NCBI GenBank assembly: GCA_038239305.1
Contig: JBBSEW010000007.1
Location: 21,434-85,433, forward strand
Length of the DNA: 64,000 nt
Source of the DNA: Thermoanaerobaculia bacterium
GTDB lineage: Bacteria > Acidobacteriota > Thermoanaerobaculia > UBA5066 > Gp7-AA6
Reading direction: 5' to 3'
Shown here: positions 1 to 8,371 of the stretch, piece after piece
Layout: each line of letters begins with the position of its first letter
Position numbering within the stretch: position 1 is the first letter of the stretch
Notes under the pieces: model-generated
What the model was told of the DNA's origin: nothing
Seen by the model: only the letters and a program-made list of their open reading frames with translations
Database searches by the model: none
Program-made: the position numbers and the translations under genes

Positions 1-770
1 CGATACGCCTCGAAGACATCGGGATGCACGTACTCCTCGACCGGAAGGTTCTCGCGAGAGGGGCGCAGATACTGGCCGATCGTGACGATATCGACGTCCG
101 CCGAGCGGAGCTGCTCGAGCAGCGCATGCACTTCTTCGGCCCGCTCGCCAAGGCCGACCATCAGGCCGGACTTCGTCGTGATCCCGGACGACAGAATCTT
201 AGCGGCCGACAGGATACCGAGCGAGCGGTCCAGCATCGCGCCGCGGCGCACACGCGCGTAGAGCCGCGGAACCGTCTCGACGTTGTGGTTGAAGACGTCC
301 GGCGCCGCTTCGACGACGGCGGCGACGGAGGCGAATCGGCCCTGGAAATCCGGGACCAGCACCTCGACGCCGGGAGCCGGTTCGAGACGGCGGATCGCCG
401 CTATGGTTTGCGCGAAATGGCCCGCGCCGCCGTCCGGAAGATCGTCCCGGTCGACCGACGTCAGGACGACGAACTTCAACCCGAGCTCCCGCACAGCGGT
501 CGCGATGCGCTGCGGCTCCAGCGGATCGACGGGCGACGGCTTGCCCGAAGCGATATCGCAGAAGCCGCAGGTTCGCGTGCAGACGGCCCCGAGCATCAGA
601 AACGTCGCTGTGCCCCGCGAGAAACACTCGCCGCGGTTCGGGCACCGAGCCTCCTCGCAAACGGTCGAAAGGCGGTTGCGGCGCATGAGGTCCTTGACCT
701 CGTGCAGCTCGGACAGGCGAATCCGTTTCTCGCGGATCCATTCGGGCGGGCGAACCGGGAGAGAGCTCAT
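1..770 (-). CDS. lipA: lipoyl synthase (start present, C-terminus cut by window edge)
   Basis: Reverse-strand translation from the ATG at 770-768 reads MSSLPVRPPEWIREKRIRLSELHEVKDLMRRNRLSTVCEEARCPNRGECFSRGTATFLMLGAVCTRTCGFCDI... It contains the CPNxxEC and radical-SAM CxxxCxxC cysteine clusters of LipA. It is missing from the ORF track because it is open at the window edge. Confidence 0.93.
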   Translation of the reverse strand, partial: MSSLPVRPPEWIREKRIRLSELHEVKDLMRRNRLSTVCEEARCPNRGECFSRGTATFLMLGAVCTRTCGFCDIASGKPSPVDPLEPQRIATAVRELGLKFVVLTSVDRDDLPDGGAGHFAQTIAAIRRLEPAPGVEVLVPDFQGRFASVAAVVEAAPDVFNHNVETVPRLYARVRRGAMLDRSLGILSAAKILSSGITTKSGLMVGLGERAEEVHALLEQLRSADVDIVTIGQYLRPSRENLPVEEYVHPDVFEAY

Positions 771-1552
771 TTGCCGGGAGGCACGACCCACGGCTTCACC
801 TTCTCCCGCGCCTTCAGCCTCGCGGCGGCGCGATCCGCCTCCTCCCGGGTGCCGTACGGGCCGGCGCGCACCCGAAAGACCTTTTTGCCGGAGGAATCCG
901 CGCCTGGAACCACCGTGACGGTGTATCCGTGGGACTCGAGGCGCTGGCGGAGAGCCCGGGCCTCCTTCTCACTGCTGGCCGAGAGGGCCTGGACCCAGAA
1001 CGACGACGAGGCGGGTCGCGAGGACGAGCTCTTCTCGACGCGAGGAGTCCTTTCCGCGCCCGGCGTCTTCTCGCCGCGGGGCGTTTTCTCGACCCGAGGG
1101 TGCCGCGACCCCGCCCCGGAGGCCGGCGGGGTGGTCGGCTCGGGGCCACCCTCGTCGTCGAAAAGCTCGAGACCCGGGGACGGCGTCGCGAGCGGGACCC
1201 GGGTCGGGATCGGCGCCGGGAGGGTGGTCTGCGATGCGGAAACGCCCGGCCGGCGGGCTCCCGCCGGAGGAGAAACGCCGCGCACGGGGCGGGGAACCTC
1301 CAGCGCCTCGCCCGCTGGCGGCTCGGGACCCGGAGAGGGCGCGGCGGCCGCGATGGCTTCGGCGGGCGAAGGCGACGGAGGGACGCTGGCGACTTCCGCG
1401 GCGGAGGGGACGGCCTCCGTTCTCCGGCCCGAGAGCCCGGTCAGGAGGCCGAAGAAATACGCGACGGCGAGGGCGCCGAGCAGGCCAACAAACAGGAGCA
1501 GGCCCTGCCGGACCGTGAAAGAGAGCTGGTAGTGCGTGCGCGGCTCGTCCAC
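767..1552 (-). CDS. SPOR-domain membrane protein (N-terminal TM helix, Pro/Ala-rich linker, C-terminal SPOR domain)
   Basis: 261-aa ORF with TM segment LLLFVGLLGALAVAYFFGLL. The C-terminus FWVQALSASSEKEARALRQRLESHGYTVTVV...FRVRAGPYGTREEADRAAARLK looks like a SPOR repeat. Its stop overlaps the lipA ATG (ATGA). Confidence 0.8.
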   Translation of the reverse strand: MDEPRTHYQLSFTVRQGLLLFVGLLGALAVAYFFGLLTGLSGRRTEAVPSAAEVASVPPSPSPAEAIAAAAPSPGPEPPAGEALEVPRPVRGVSPPAGARRPGVSASQTTLPAPIPTRVPLATPSPGLELFDDEGGPEPTTPPASGAGSRHPRVEKTPRGEKTPGAERTPRVEKSSSSRPASSSFWVQALSASSEKEARALRQRLESHGYTVTVVPGADSSGKKVFRVRAGPYGTREEADRAAARLKAREKVKPWVVPPGK

Positions 1553-1591
1553 GCCCGGAGTGTAGCTCGGGAAGTTCCGCCCTCCCAGGGT

Positions 1592-2350
1592 TCACTTCGG
1601 CATGAAGACTTTCAGCATCTCGATCGGGAGCGGAAATACGATCGTGGTGTTTTTCTCGCTTCCGATCTCCGTCAGGGTCTGCAGGTAGCGAAGCTGCAGC
1701 GTCGCCGGATGCCGTCCCACGACTTCCGCCGCCAGCGAGAGTTGCGACGCCGCCTGGAACTCCCCTTCCGCATGGATGATCTTGGCCCTCTTCTCGCGCT
1801 CGGCTTCGGCCTGACGCGCCATCGCCCTCTGCATCTCGGGCGGAAGGTCCACCTGCTTCACCTCGACCAGGGACACCTTGATGCCCCAGGGCTGCGTATG
1901 CTGATCGATCACGCTCTGGAGCGCCAGGTTCAGCTTCTCCCGCTCCGACAGAAGCTCATCGAGCATCGCCTCGCCGAGAACGCTGCGCAGCGTCGTCTGA
2001 GCGAGCTGCGACGTGGCATAGAGATAGTTCTCCACCTGCACGACCGCCTTATCCGGCTCGATGACCCGGAAATAAACCACGGCGTTCACCTTCACCGACA
2101 CGTTGTCCCGCGTGATGATGTCCTGCGGCGGGACGTCGTGGACGATCGTGCGCAGCGAGATTCGCACCATCGTCTCGAACGGCCAGAAGATGAAGACGAG
2201 CCCGGGGCCCTTCGGCTTCGGACCGAGGCGGCCCAGCCAGAACGTGACCGCTCGCTCGTATTCCTTGAGCACGTTGACCCACTTGAAGAAGAGAACCACC
2301 GCGACGAAGAGCGCCACGATCAGTCCGGGACCCGAGATAAAAGCCGCCAT
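1592..2350 (-). CDS. SPFH/band-7 (stomatin-like) protein
   Basis: 252-aa ORF with an N-terminal TM helix, an SPFH core ([36 protein letters not shown]) and a coiled coil ([18 protein letters not shown]). It directly abuts the NfeD gene. Confidence 0.9.
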   Translation of the reverse strand: MAAFISGPGLIVALFVAVVLFFKWVNVLKEYERAVTFWLGRLGPKPKGPGLVFIFWPFETMVRISLRTIVHDVPPQDIITRDNVSVKVNAVVYFRVIEPDKAVVQVENYLYATSQLAQTTLRSVLGEAMLDELLSEREKLNLALQSVIDQHTQPWGIKVSLVEVKQVDLPPEMQRAMARQAEAEREKRAKIIHAEGEFQAASQLSLAAEVVGRHPATLQLRYLQTLTEIGSEKNTTIVFPLPIEMLKVFMPK

Positions 2351-3688
2351 TCAAGACCTCCGTTCGACCTGAAGGATGAATCCGTCCACTCGCGCGATAC
2401 GAGCCCGTTCCCCGCGGACGATTCCCGCGGGTCCCCGCGCGTTCCAGTACTCGCCGTGCACGAGGACCGTGCCGGCGCCGTCGTCTCCGAATGTTCTCAC
2501 CACCTGCGCGATCTCCCCGAGGAGGCCTTCGAAACCGGTACGAACGGGCAGCCGCCGCAGCCCGGCCGTTCTCCACGCGAGGAACGCGACGACGCCGAGC
2601 GTCACGGCCACGGCCGGAACCGTGATCGACAGGTCCACCCGGTAGTCCGCCGATCCGGCGCTCCCGGAAAAGAGGAGGGCCGATCCGGCCAGGAGGGATG
2701 CGGCACCTCCCGTGGCGAGGATTCCGTGGCTGCCGACCTTCACCTCGGCGGCGAAGAGGGCGAGCGCGAACACGATCATCGCAATCCCGGCGAGCCGGAC
2801 CGGAAGGACCGAGAACGCGTACAGGGCGAGGAGCAGCGCCACGCCTCCCACGACCCCCGGCAGAACCGCTCCCGGGCTCGCGACCTCGAAATACAGCCCC
2901 AAGAGGCCGACGAGAAACAGGAGGTAGGCGACGTTCGGATGCGTGACGACTCCGAGCGTTCTCTCGACCACGCCCATTTCCCGGACGTCGATCCGGGCAC
3001 CCGCGATGTGAAGTATCTCGCTCGCGCCGCCGACGCGCGTGACGGTGCGCCCGTCGAGCTGCCGCAGGAGATCGGGGACGTCGCGCGCGACGACGTCGAT
3101 GAGGCCGCCGTCCTTCGCCTCTCCTTCCGTGAAGGAAGCACTCGCGGAGACCGCGGTCTCCGCTTTTTCGGCGTTGCGGGAGCGTTGCCGCGCGAGAGTC
3201 CGAATGAAGGCGCGCGCGTCCTGCTCGGCCTTCTCTCCCACGGTCTTGCCGAGATCGTGCCCCTCGCTTCCGACGGGGTGAGCCGCGCCCGTGTTCGTGC
3301 CGGGAGCCATCGCGTCGACGTCGCCGGCGAGGAGGAGAAAGAACCCCGCGGACGCCGCCGATGCCCCCGAAGGCGCGACGAAGGTGACCACGGGAACGGG
3401 GGACGTCAGGATCGCGGTCGCCATTTCGCGGGTCGACGAAAGCAGGCCGCCGGGGGTCGAGAGCTCGAGGACGACGAGCCGGGCGCCGCTCGCGGAGGCT
3501 TCCTTCAGCAGGCGCGTCAGGTACGCGGCCGAAGCGGGCTGGATCGGGGTGTCAATCCGCCCCCGGACGACGATCGGGACGGTGTCGGAACGCGAAGGAG
3601 GCGCGCCGGCTCCGGAGCCGGACCCTGCGGCGAGCGCGGCCGCGGTCATGAGCCCGAAAACGAGGCGGCGTGAAGTCATCGTCATCAA
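2351..3688 (-). CDS. NfeD-family membrane-bound ClpP-class serine protease
   Basis: 445-aa ORF with a signal peptide, a ClpP-like domain (VVLELSTPGGLLSSTREM), a multi-TM middle section and a C-terminal NfeD OB-fold (VLVHGEYWNARG...ARVDGFILQVE). This is the classic nfeD-stomatin gene pair. Confidence 0.88.
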   Translation of the reverse strand: MMTMTSRRLVFGLMTAAALAAGSGSGAGAPPSRSDTVPIVVRGRIDTPIQPASAAYLTRLLKEASASGARLVVLELSTPGGLLSSTREMATAILTSPVPVVTFVAPSGASAASAGFFLLLAGDVDAMAPGTNTGAAHPVGSEGHDLGKTVGEKAEQDARAFIRTLARQRSRNAEKAETAVSASASFTEGEAKDGGLIDVVARDVPDLLRQLDGRTVTRVGGASEILHIAGARIDVREMGVVERTLGVVTHPNVAYLLFLVGLLGLYFEVASPGAVLPGVVGGVALLLALYAFSVLPVRLAGIAMIVFALALFAAEVKVGSHGILATGGAASLLAGSALLFSGSAGSADYRVDLSITVPAVAVTLGVVAFLAWRTAGLRRLPVRTGFEGLLGEIAQVVRTFGDDGAGTVLVHGEYWNARGPAGIVRGERARIARVDGFILQVERRS

Positions 3689-3793
3689 GGCGAACCGAGT
3701 CTACGCCCCCGCCCGATCGACGCGACAACCGCTGTTCCAGGTCCTTCTCACGTCTCTTCTCTGACGCCGGCTCCGCCTTGATATAAGTCCGCC

Positions 3794-4786
3794 GTGCGCA
3801 CGCGGCCGTCGCCCTCCCCGTCGGTCCTGCGTCCGGTCGAGGGACTGAACGGGCTCGCCCTCGCTGTCGTCTCGCTGCTCGCGCTCATCCTTCGCGGACG
3901 CCTGGCCGACCCGGGAGGAGTCCTCCTCCGGTACGCCGTCATGACGGCAGCCCTGCTCGTCCTCGCGTTTCTCGCCCGCCGGGAGGACCGGATTCCGGGG
4001 CCGCTCCGCTTTCTGATCGACTTTTACCCCGCCGCTTTCATCCCTCTCCTCTTCGAGACCCTCGGGCCTCTCATCGCCGCCGCCAGAGGAGGACCGCGGG
4101 ACGAGATCCTGATCGCGGCAGACCGCGCGCTCCTCGGCGTCGATGCCACCGTATGGCTTCAGCGCTTCGTCCGCCCGGCACTCACCAACTTCTTCTACCT
4201 CTCCTACACGTCCTATTACTTCCTGGCCCTGTCCCTGGGTTTCGCGCTCTGGTTCCGTTCGAAGGCGGACCTGCGCCGGTTCATCTACACGATCACGTTC
4301 TGCTTCTTCGTCTCCTACGCCGGATACTTTCTGGTGCCGGCGCTCGGGCCGCGCGTCTCGCTCGCGAACCGGCACTCGGTCATCCTCGAGACGACGGCGC
4401 TCTCCGCGACGATCGAGCGAACGTTAAACGAGCTCGAGCACACCAAGTTCGACGTTTTCCCGTCGGGGCACACCATGATCGCGACGGCGGTCCTGCTCGT
4501 CGCGTTCCGCCGGTCGCGGGACGTCTTCTGGTCGCTTCTCCCGGTTTCGATCGGCCTGATTCTCGCCACGGTTTACTGCCGTTACCACTACGTCGTCGAC
4601 GTCCTCGCGGGACTCATCCTCGCCTTCGCTGCGGTTCCTCTCGGGGATGCGATTTACGACCGGCTCATGAGAAGTTCCGCGCGGGACGCACCGGTCTCGG
4701 GAGGCCGATCTCCGGATACCGGATCCGCCGTCGTCTCGATGTCTGGAAGCGTCCGGGACGGACGTCCCGGCGGAAAGGGAGACTAG
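3794..4786 (+). CDS. PAP2-superfamily polytopic membrane protein (PAP2_3 / phosphosphingolipid-synthase-like)
   Basis: 330-aa ORF with a GTG start and multiple TM helices. It has C2/C3-type motifs FDVFPSGHTMIATA and YCRYHYVVDVLAG, but I could not see a clear KxxxxxxRP C1 motif. It is convergent with the GNAT/spt operon. Confidence 0.72.
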   Translation: MRTRPSPSPSVLRPVEGLNGLALAVVSLLALILRGRLADPGGVLLRYAVMTAALLVLAFLARREDRIPGPLRFLIDFYPAAFIPLLFETLGPLIAAARGGPRDEILIAADRALLGVDATVWLQRFVRPALTNFFYLSYTSYYFLALSLGFALWFRSKADLRRFIYTITFCFFVSYAGYFLVPALGPRVSLANRHSVILETTALSATIERTLNELEHTKFDVFPSGHTMIATAVLLVAFRRSRDVFWSLLPVSIGLILATVYCRYHYVVDVLAGLILAFAAVPLGDAIYDRLMRSSARDAPVSGGRSPDTGSAVVSMSGSVRDGRPGGKGD

Positions 4787-5970
4787 CGGACGCCGGCGGC
4801 CGACGCGGGCTCGATCGGGCGGTCGTACATCCGGTAGGTTTTGTACAGGCGCCCGCCCCACAGGTCGGCGGCGCGGATGACCGCCTCGTTGTCCTCGAGC
4901 AGCCACGACATCTCGCAGCCCGTGATGCCCCGGGAGAGCGCCGCCCGGAGCCCCTTCTCGAACATGACCGACTGAATTCCTCTCTGGCGCCAGGAGAGCT
5001 TGATCCCGAGGGTGAGCACGCGGATCGCGCGGATCTTCCGGATGTTGAGCAGAAATTTGAGCCAGCCGAACGGCAGCAGAAAACCGCGAAGCGGTTTCAT
5101 TGCCACGTTGTAGTCGGGGAGAGTGAGCATGAAAGCGACCGGTTCGAGACTGCCGTCCGGCCGGCGGGCCTCCGCGACGAACAGGAAATCCTTGTCGACC
5201 AGCGGCTTCAGCCGCTTCGCCATGAACTCCATCTCGTCGGACGTCATGGGCACGAATCCCCAGTTCTTCTCCCACGCCTCGTTGTAGACCTCCCGGATCT
5301 TCGGCAGATCGGCGGCCAGGCTCTTCTTCGAGATGTTGCGGATGACGACGTCCGTTTCCCGGGTCGCCACGCGCCGGGCGAGCTTCGTCAGCCGGGCGAG
5401 CGGGTCTTCCTTGATCTCGAACCAGTAGGCGAGCAGGTCTTTCGCCTTGCGAAAACCCGCCCCCTCGACGAGGCCGACGTAGTAGCGCGGGTTGTAGGTC
5501 ATCATCAGAACGGGCGACGAGTCGAAGCCCTCGACGAGCAGGCCGGCCTCGTCGTTCAGGGTCGGATTGGCGGGCCCCCGAAGGACCGTCATGCCTCTTT
5601 CGCGCGCCCAGCCGGCGGCCGCGTCGAAAAGCGCGCCGGCAACCGCCGGATCGTTCTCGCTCTCGAAGTAGCCGAAGAACGCGGTCTTTTCCCCGTGGAA
5701 AGAATTGTGATTGTCATCGACGATCGCCGCGATCCGGCCCGCGTCGCGGTCGCCGCGGCGTGCGACGAAGAGCTGCATGGAGCCATGCGCAAAGAACGGA
5801 TTTTTGTCCGAAAACACCTTGGAGACGTCATCGCGGAGAGGCGCGACCCAGAGCGGATCCGATCGGTAGATCGCGTCCGCCACGTCGAAGAAGCGCCGCA
5901 GCTCCTTGCGGGAGCGGCCGAGCGGGACGACGGTAGCGGCGACGGCGGCGGGAACCGGGTTACCGGCCAT
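4783..5970 (-). CDS. large GNAT-fold acyltransferase-like protein; candidate bacterial ceramide synthase (bCerS-like)
   Basis: 395-aa ORF with normal amino-acid composition. The C-terminal half (IREVYNEAWEKNWGFVPMT...VLTLGIKLSWRQRGIQSVMFEKGL) looks like an acyl-CoA N-acyltransferase fold. It lies 70 bp downstream of the spt-like gene on the same strand. The functional call is an inference from context. Confidence 0.6.
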   Translation of the reverse strand: MAGNPVPAAVAATVVPLGRSRKELRRFFDVADAIYRSDPLWVAPLRDDVSKVFSDKNPFFAHGSMQLFVARRGDRDAGRIAAIVDDNHNSFHGEKTAFFGYFESENDPAVAGALFDAAAGWARERGMTVLRGPANPTLNDEAGLLVEGFDSSPVLMMTYNPRYYVGLVEGAGFRKAKDLLAYWFEIKEDPLARLTKLARRVATRETDVVIRNISKKSLAADLPKIREVYNEAWEKNWGFVPMTSDEMEFMAKRLKPLVDKDFLFVAEARRPDGSLEPVAFMLTLPDYNVAMKPLRGFLLPFGWLKFLLNIRKIRAIRVLTLGIKLSWRQRGIQSVMFEKGLRAALSRGITGCEMSWLLEDNEAVIRAADLWGGRLYKTYRMYDRPIEPASAAGVR

Positions 5971-6039
5971 GAGACCTGGGATCGTGGGCGAAGGGACTCA
6001 TGAGACTGGCAGCATCGAGCCGAGAAGGAATCGCTTCCT

Positions 6040-7272
6040 TCAAACCTCCACCGGGCGGATCAGACCGACCTCGCGGCCGACCTCCTCTATGGCCTCGAGA
6101 GCGCGCGTGAGCTGCTCCCGGGTGTGCGTCGCCATGAGGGACGTCCGGATCAGGGCGCGGCCCGGCGGAGTCGCGGGCGAGAGAACGCAGTTTACGAACA
6201 CGCCCTCTTCGTGGAGCCGCTGCACCATCTTCAGAGCGGTGAAGTCCTCGCCGACAACGACAGGGACGACGGGCGTCGAGGATTCCCCCGTGTCGAGGCC
6301 GAGCGAGCGGAGCCCCTCCGAGAAGAAGCGCGTGTTCTCCCAGAGGCGATCGCGCCGCTCGGGCTCGTTCTCCATGATCTCGATGGTCGCGAGCGCCGCC
6401 GCGACCGACGCCGGCGGAGGCGCAGCGGAAAAGATGAGGGTGCGGGCCCGATGCTTGATGTAGTCGATGACGGTCGCCTCGCCCGCGATGAACCCGCCGA
6501 CGGACGCCATGGATTTCGAGAAGGTCCCCATGATGAGGTCCACTTCCTCCTCGAGCCCGAAGTGCTCGGAGGTACCCCGACCCGTCGGACCGAGGACGCC
6601 GATCCCGTGGGCGTCATCGACCATCACGGCCGCGTCGTGCTCCCGGGCGGCGGCGACGATCTCCGGAAGTGGAGCGATGTCGCCTTCCATGGAAAAGACG
6701 CCGTCCACGACCACGAGACGACCGCGCACGTCGACGTCGTTCCGCATCTGACGCCGGAGATCCGCGGCATCGTTGTGGCGGAACTTACGCACGTCGCCGA
6801 AGGACAGGCGGGCGCCGTCGATGATGCAGGCATGGTCCTGCTTGTCGAGATAGACGGTGTCGCCCTTGCCGACCAGGCAGGAAATGGCGCCCAGGTTGAC
6901 CTGAAATCCCGTCGCGAAGACGACGGCCGCGTCCTGCCGCATGAAACGGGCGAGGCGCTCCTCAAGGATGACGTGAAGGTCGAGGGTGCCGTTCAAGAAC
7001 CGGCTGCCGGCGCAGCCCGAGCCGTACTTGCGGATCGCGTCGATTGCCGCTTCTTTCACCCGGGCGTCGTTCGTGAGGCCCAGGTAGTTGTTCGATCCCA
7101 GCATGATCATCCGGCGGCCGCCGATGACGACTTCGGGATCCTGCGCGGAGTCGACGACGCGAAAAAACGAGTACAGGCCCGCTTTCTGGATGTTGCGGGC
7201 AACGTCGTATCGAAAACACTTGTCGAAGAGAGGCGAAGTCCGGGTCGCGGCGACCGGAGCGACTTTGCTCAT
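6040..7272 (-). CDS. spt: alpha-oxoamine synthase family PLP enzyme, serine palmitoyltransferase-like
   Basis: 410-aa ORF. Motifs include LGSNNYLGLTNDARVKEAAIDAIRKYGSGCAGSRFLNGT, DDAHGIGVLG and a PLP-lysine motif GTFSKSMASVGGF. That lysine motif matches the GTFSKS form I recall for bacterial Spt, not GTLGKA of Kbl or TFGKG of BioF. Confidence 0.78.
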   Translation of the reverse strand: MSKVAPVAATRTSPLFDKCFRYDVARNIQKAGLYSFFRVVDSAQDPEVVIGGRRMIMLGSNNYLGLTNDARVKEAAIDAIRKYGSGCAGSRFLNGTLDLHVILEERLARFMRQDAAVVFATGFQVNLGAISCLVGKGDTVYLDKQDHACIIDGARLSFGDVRKFRHNDAADLRRQMRNDVDVRGRLVVVDGVFSMEGDIAPLPEIVAAAREHDAAVMVDDAHGIGVLGPTGRGTSEHFGLEEEVDLIMGTFSKSMASVGGFIAGEATVIDYIKHRARTLIFSAAPPPASVAAALATIEIMENEPERRDRLWENTRFFSEGLRSLGLDTGESSTPVVPVVVGEDFTALKMVQRLHEEGVFVNCVLSPATPPGRALIRTSLMATHTREQLTRALEAIEEVGREVGLIRPVEV

Positions 7273-7342
7273 TTTTTTCTCCCACCTCGTGGACGACCGC
7301 CCCGCGGGGCGCCCGCGAAACCCAGGGGGATCTTAGCAAATT

Positions 7343-8326
7343 TTACAAAATCAACCAGCCCTCCCGCCGGTACCAGTCCCAGGTGGCCTGGAACCCCTCC
7401 GAGACGCCCGGGGCAGGCCCCAGATCCAGGTCCCGCGAGAGCGGCTCGCCGTCGGCGATCCAGTCGCCCGCGAGGATCTCCCGCGCCTTGTCGGCGTTGA
7501 AGGGGCGGGAGCGGCGCGTCACCATTTCCACGACCGACTCTCCCCACCCCGCCGCACGGACCAGCGGCCGGGGAACCGGGAGGAGAAAGGGGCGGCGCGG
7601 CGGCAGGCGGGCGATTTCCTCGGAGAGGCGGCGGATCGACAGGTGGGCCGGATCGCTGAGGAAGGCGCGACGACCTGCCAGATCGCGGCGACCGGAGGCG
7701 CGAGCGATCGCGGCGGCGGCGCGCTCCGCCCGGATCACCTGGACGAGCGACGCGCCAGACGGCACGGGAAGGACTCCGCGCGCGGCCGCTCGAAACAGAA
7801 GGAGAAGCCCGCGATCGCCGGGGCCATAAACGACGGCGGGTCGAATCACAACCCAGGGGCCGGGCCAGCCGCGAACGACCGCCGCTTCGCCCTCCTTCTT
7901 CGACTGGCCATACCAGGAGACAGGGCGGGCATCATCCGCTTCCCGAACGGGCCGTCCTTCTCTCGCCGGCCCGGCCGCCGCCTGGCTCGAGACGAGAACG
8001 AAGAGGGCTTCGGGCGCCGATGCCGCGGCGGCGCGCACGAGGCGATCCGTTCCCCGGGCGTTTCCTTCGCGGTACTCGTCCAGGGTTCGCGCCTTGACGA
8101 CACCGGCCACGTGGACGATCGCGTCGGCTCCCCGCACGGCCGCGGCCAGGTCCGTCGCCGCCGACAGGTCTCCGGCAACGGCCTGGACTCCGAGAGCCGG
8201 GAGGTCCCCCAGCCGCTCCGCCCCGCCCCGGACGAGGGCCCGGACGGTCCAGCCGCCGGAGATCAGCGAGCGGGCGACGTGCGCTCCGAGGAATCCCGTC
8301 GCGCCGGTGAGCAGACAAAGAGGCAT
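7343..8326 (-). CDS. NAD(P)-dependent epimerase/dehydratase-family (extended SDR) protein; candidate ceramide reductase (CerR-like)
   Basis: This is the C-terminal 327 codons of the 966-aa track ORF. It starts at MPLCLLTGATGFLGAHVARSL (Rossmann GxxGxxG) and contains YGQSK (YxxxK). The upstream part of the track ORF is antisense to the M1 peptidase gene and was rejected. Confidence 0.82.
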   Translation of the reverse strand: MPLCLLTGATGFLGAHVARSLISGGWTVRALVRGGAERLGDLPALGVQAVAGDLSAATDLAAAVRGADAIVHVAGVVKARTLDEYREGNARGTDRLVRAAAASAPEALFVLVSSQAAAGPAREGRPVREADDARPVSWYGQSKKEGEAAVVRGWPGPWVVIRPAVVYGPGDRGLLLLFRAAARGVLPVPSGASLVQVIRAERAAAAIARASGRRDLAGRRAFLSDPAHLSIRRLSEEIARLPPRRPFLLPVPRPLVRAAGWGESVVEMVTRRSRPFNADKAREILAGDWIADGEPLSRDLDLGPAPGVSEGFQATWDWYRREGWLIL

Positions 8327-8371
8327 CGGAGTTGGATTCTCTCCGGTTTCCGGATAACGTGCCGCCCCACA

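Noticed and set aside
24-3673. Long plus-strand ORFs (24-1532, 502 aa; 929-3673, 914 aa) overlapping lipA, SPOR, stomatin and NfeD
   Set aside because: The translations are Arg/Gly/Pro/Asp-rich and low in complexity, with no recognisable domains. The opposite strand encodes clearly recognisable proteins. These are typical antisense shadow ORFs of high-GC DNA.
6040-8326. Reading the oxoamine synthase plus SDR pair as kbl plus SDR-type threonine dehydrogenase
   Set aside because: This is not fully excluded. The PLP-lysine motif GTFSKS matches the form I recall for bacterial Spt, not Kbl (GTLGKA). The GNAT gene in the same operon and the PAP2 neighbour also fit the ceramide pathway better. It is listed as the refutation test in the finding.
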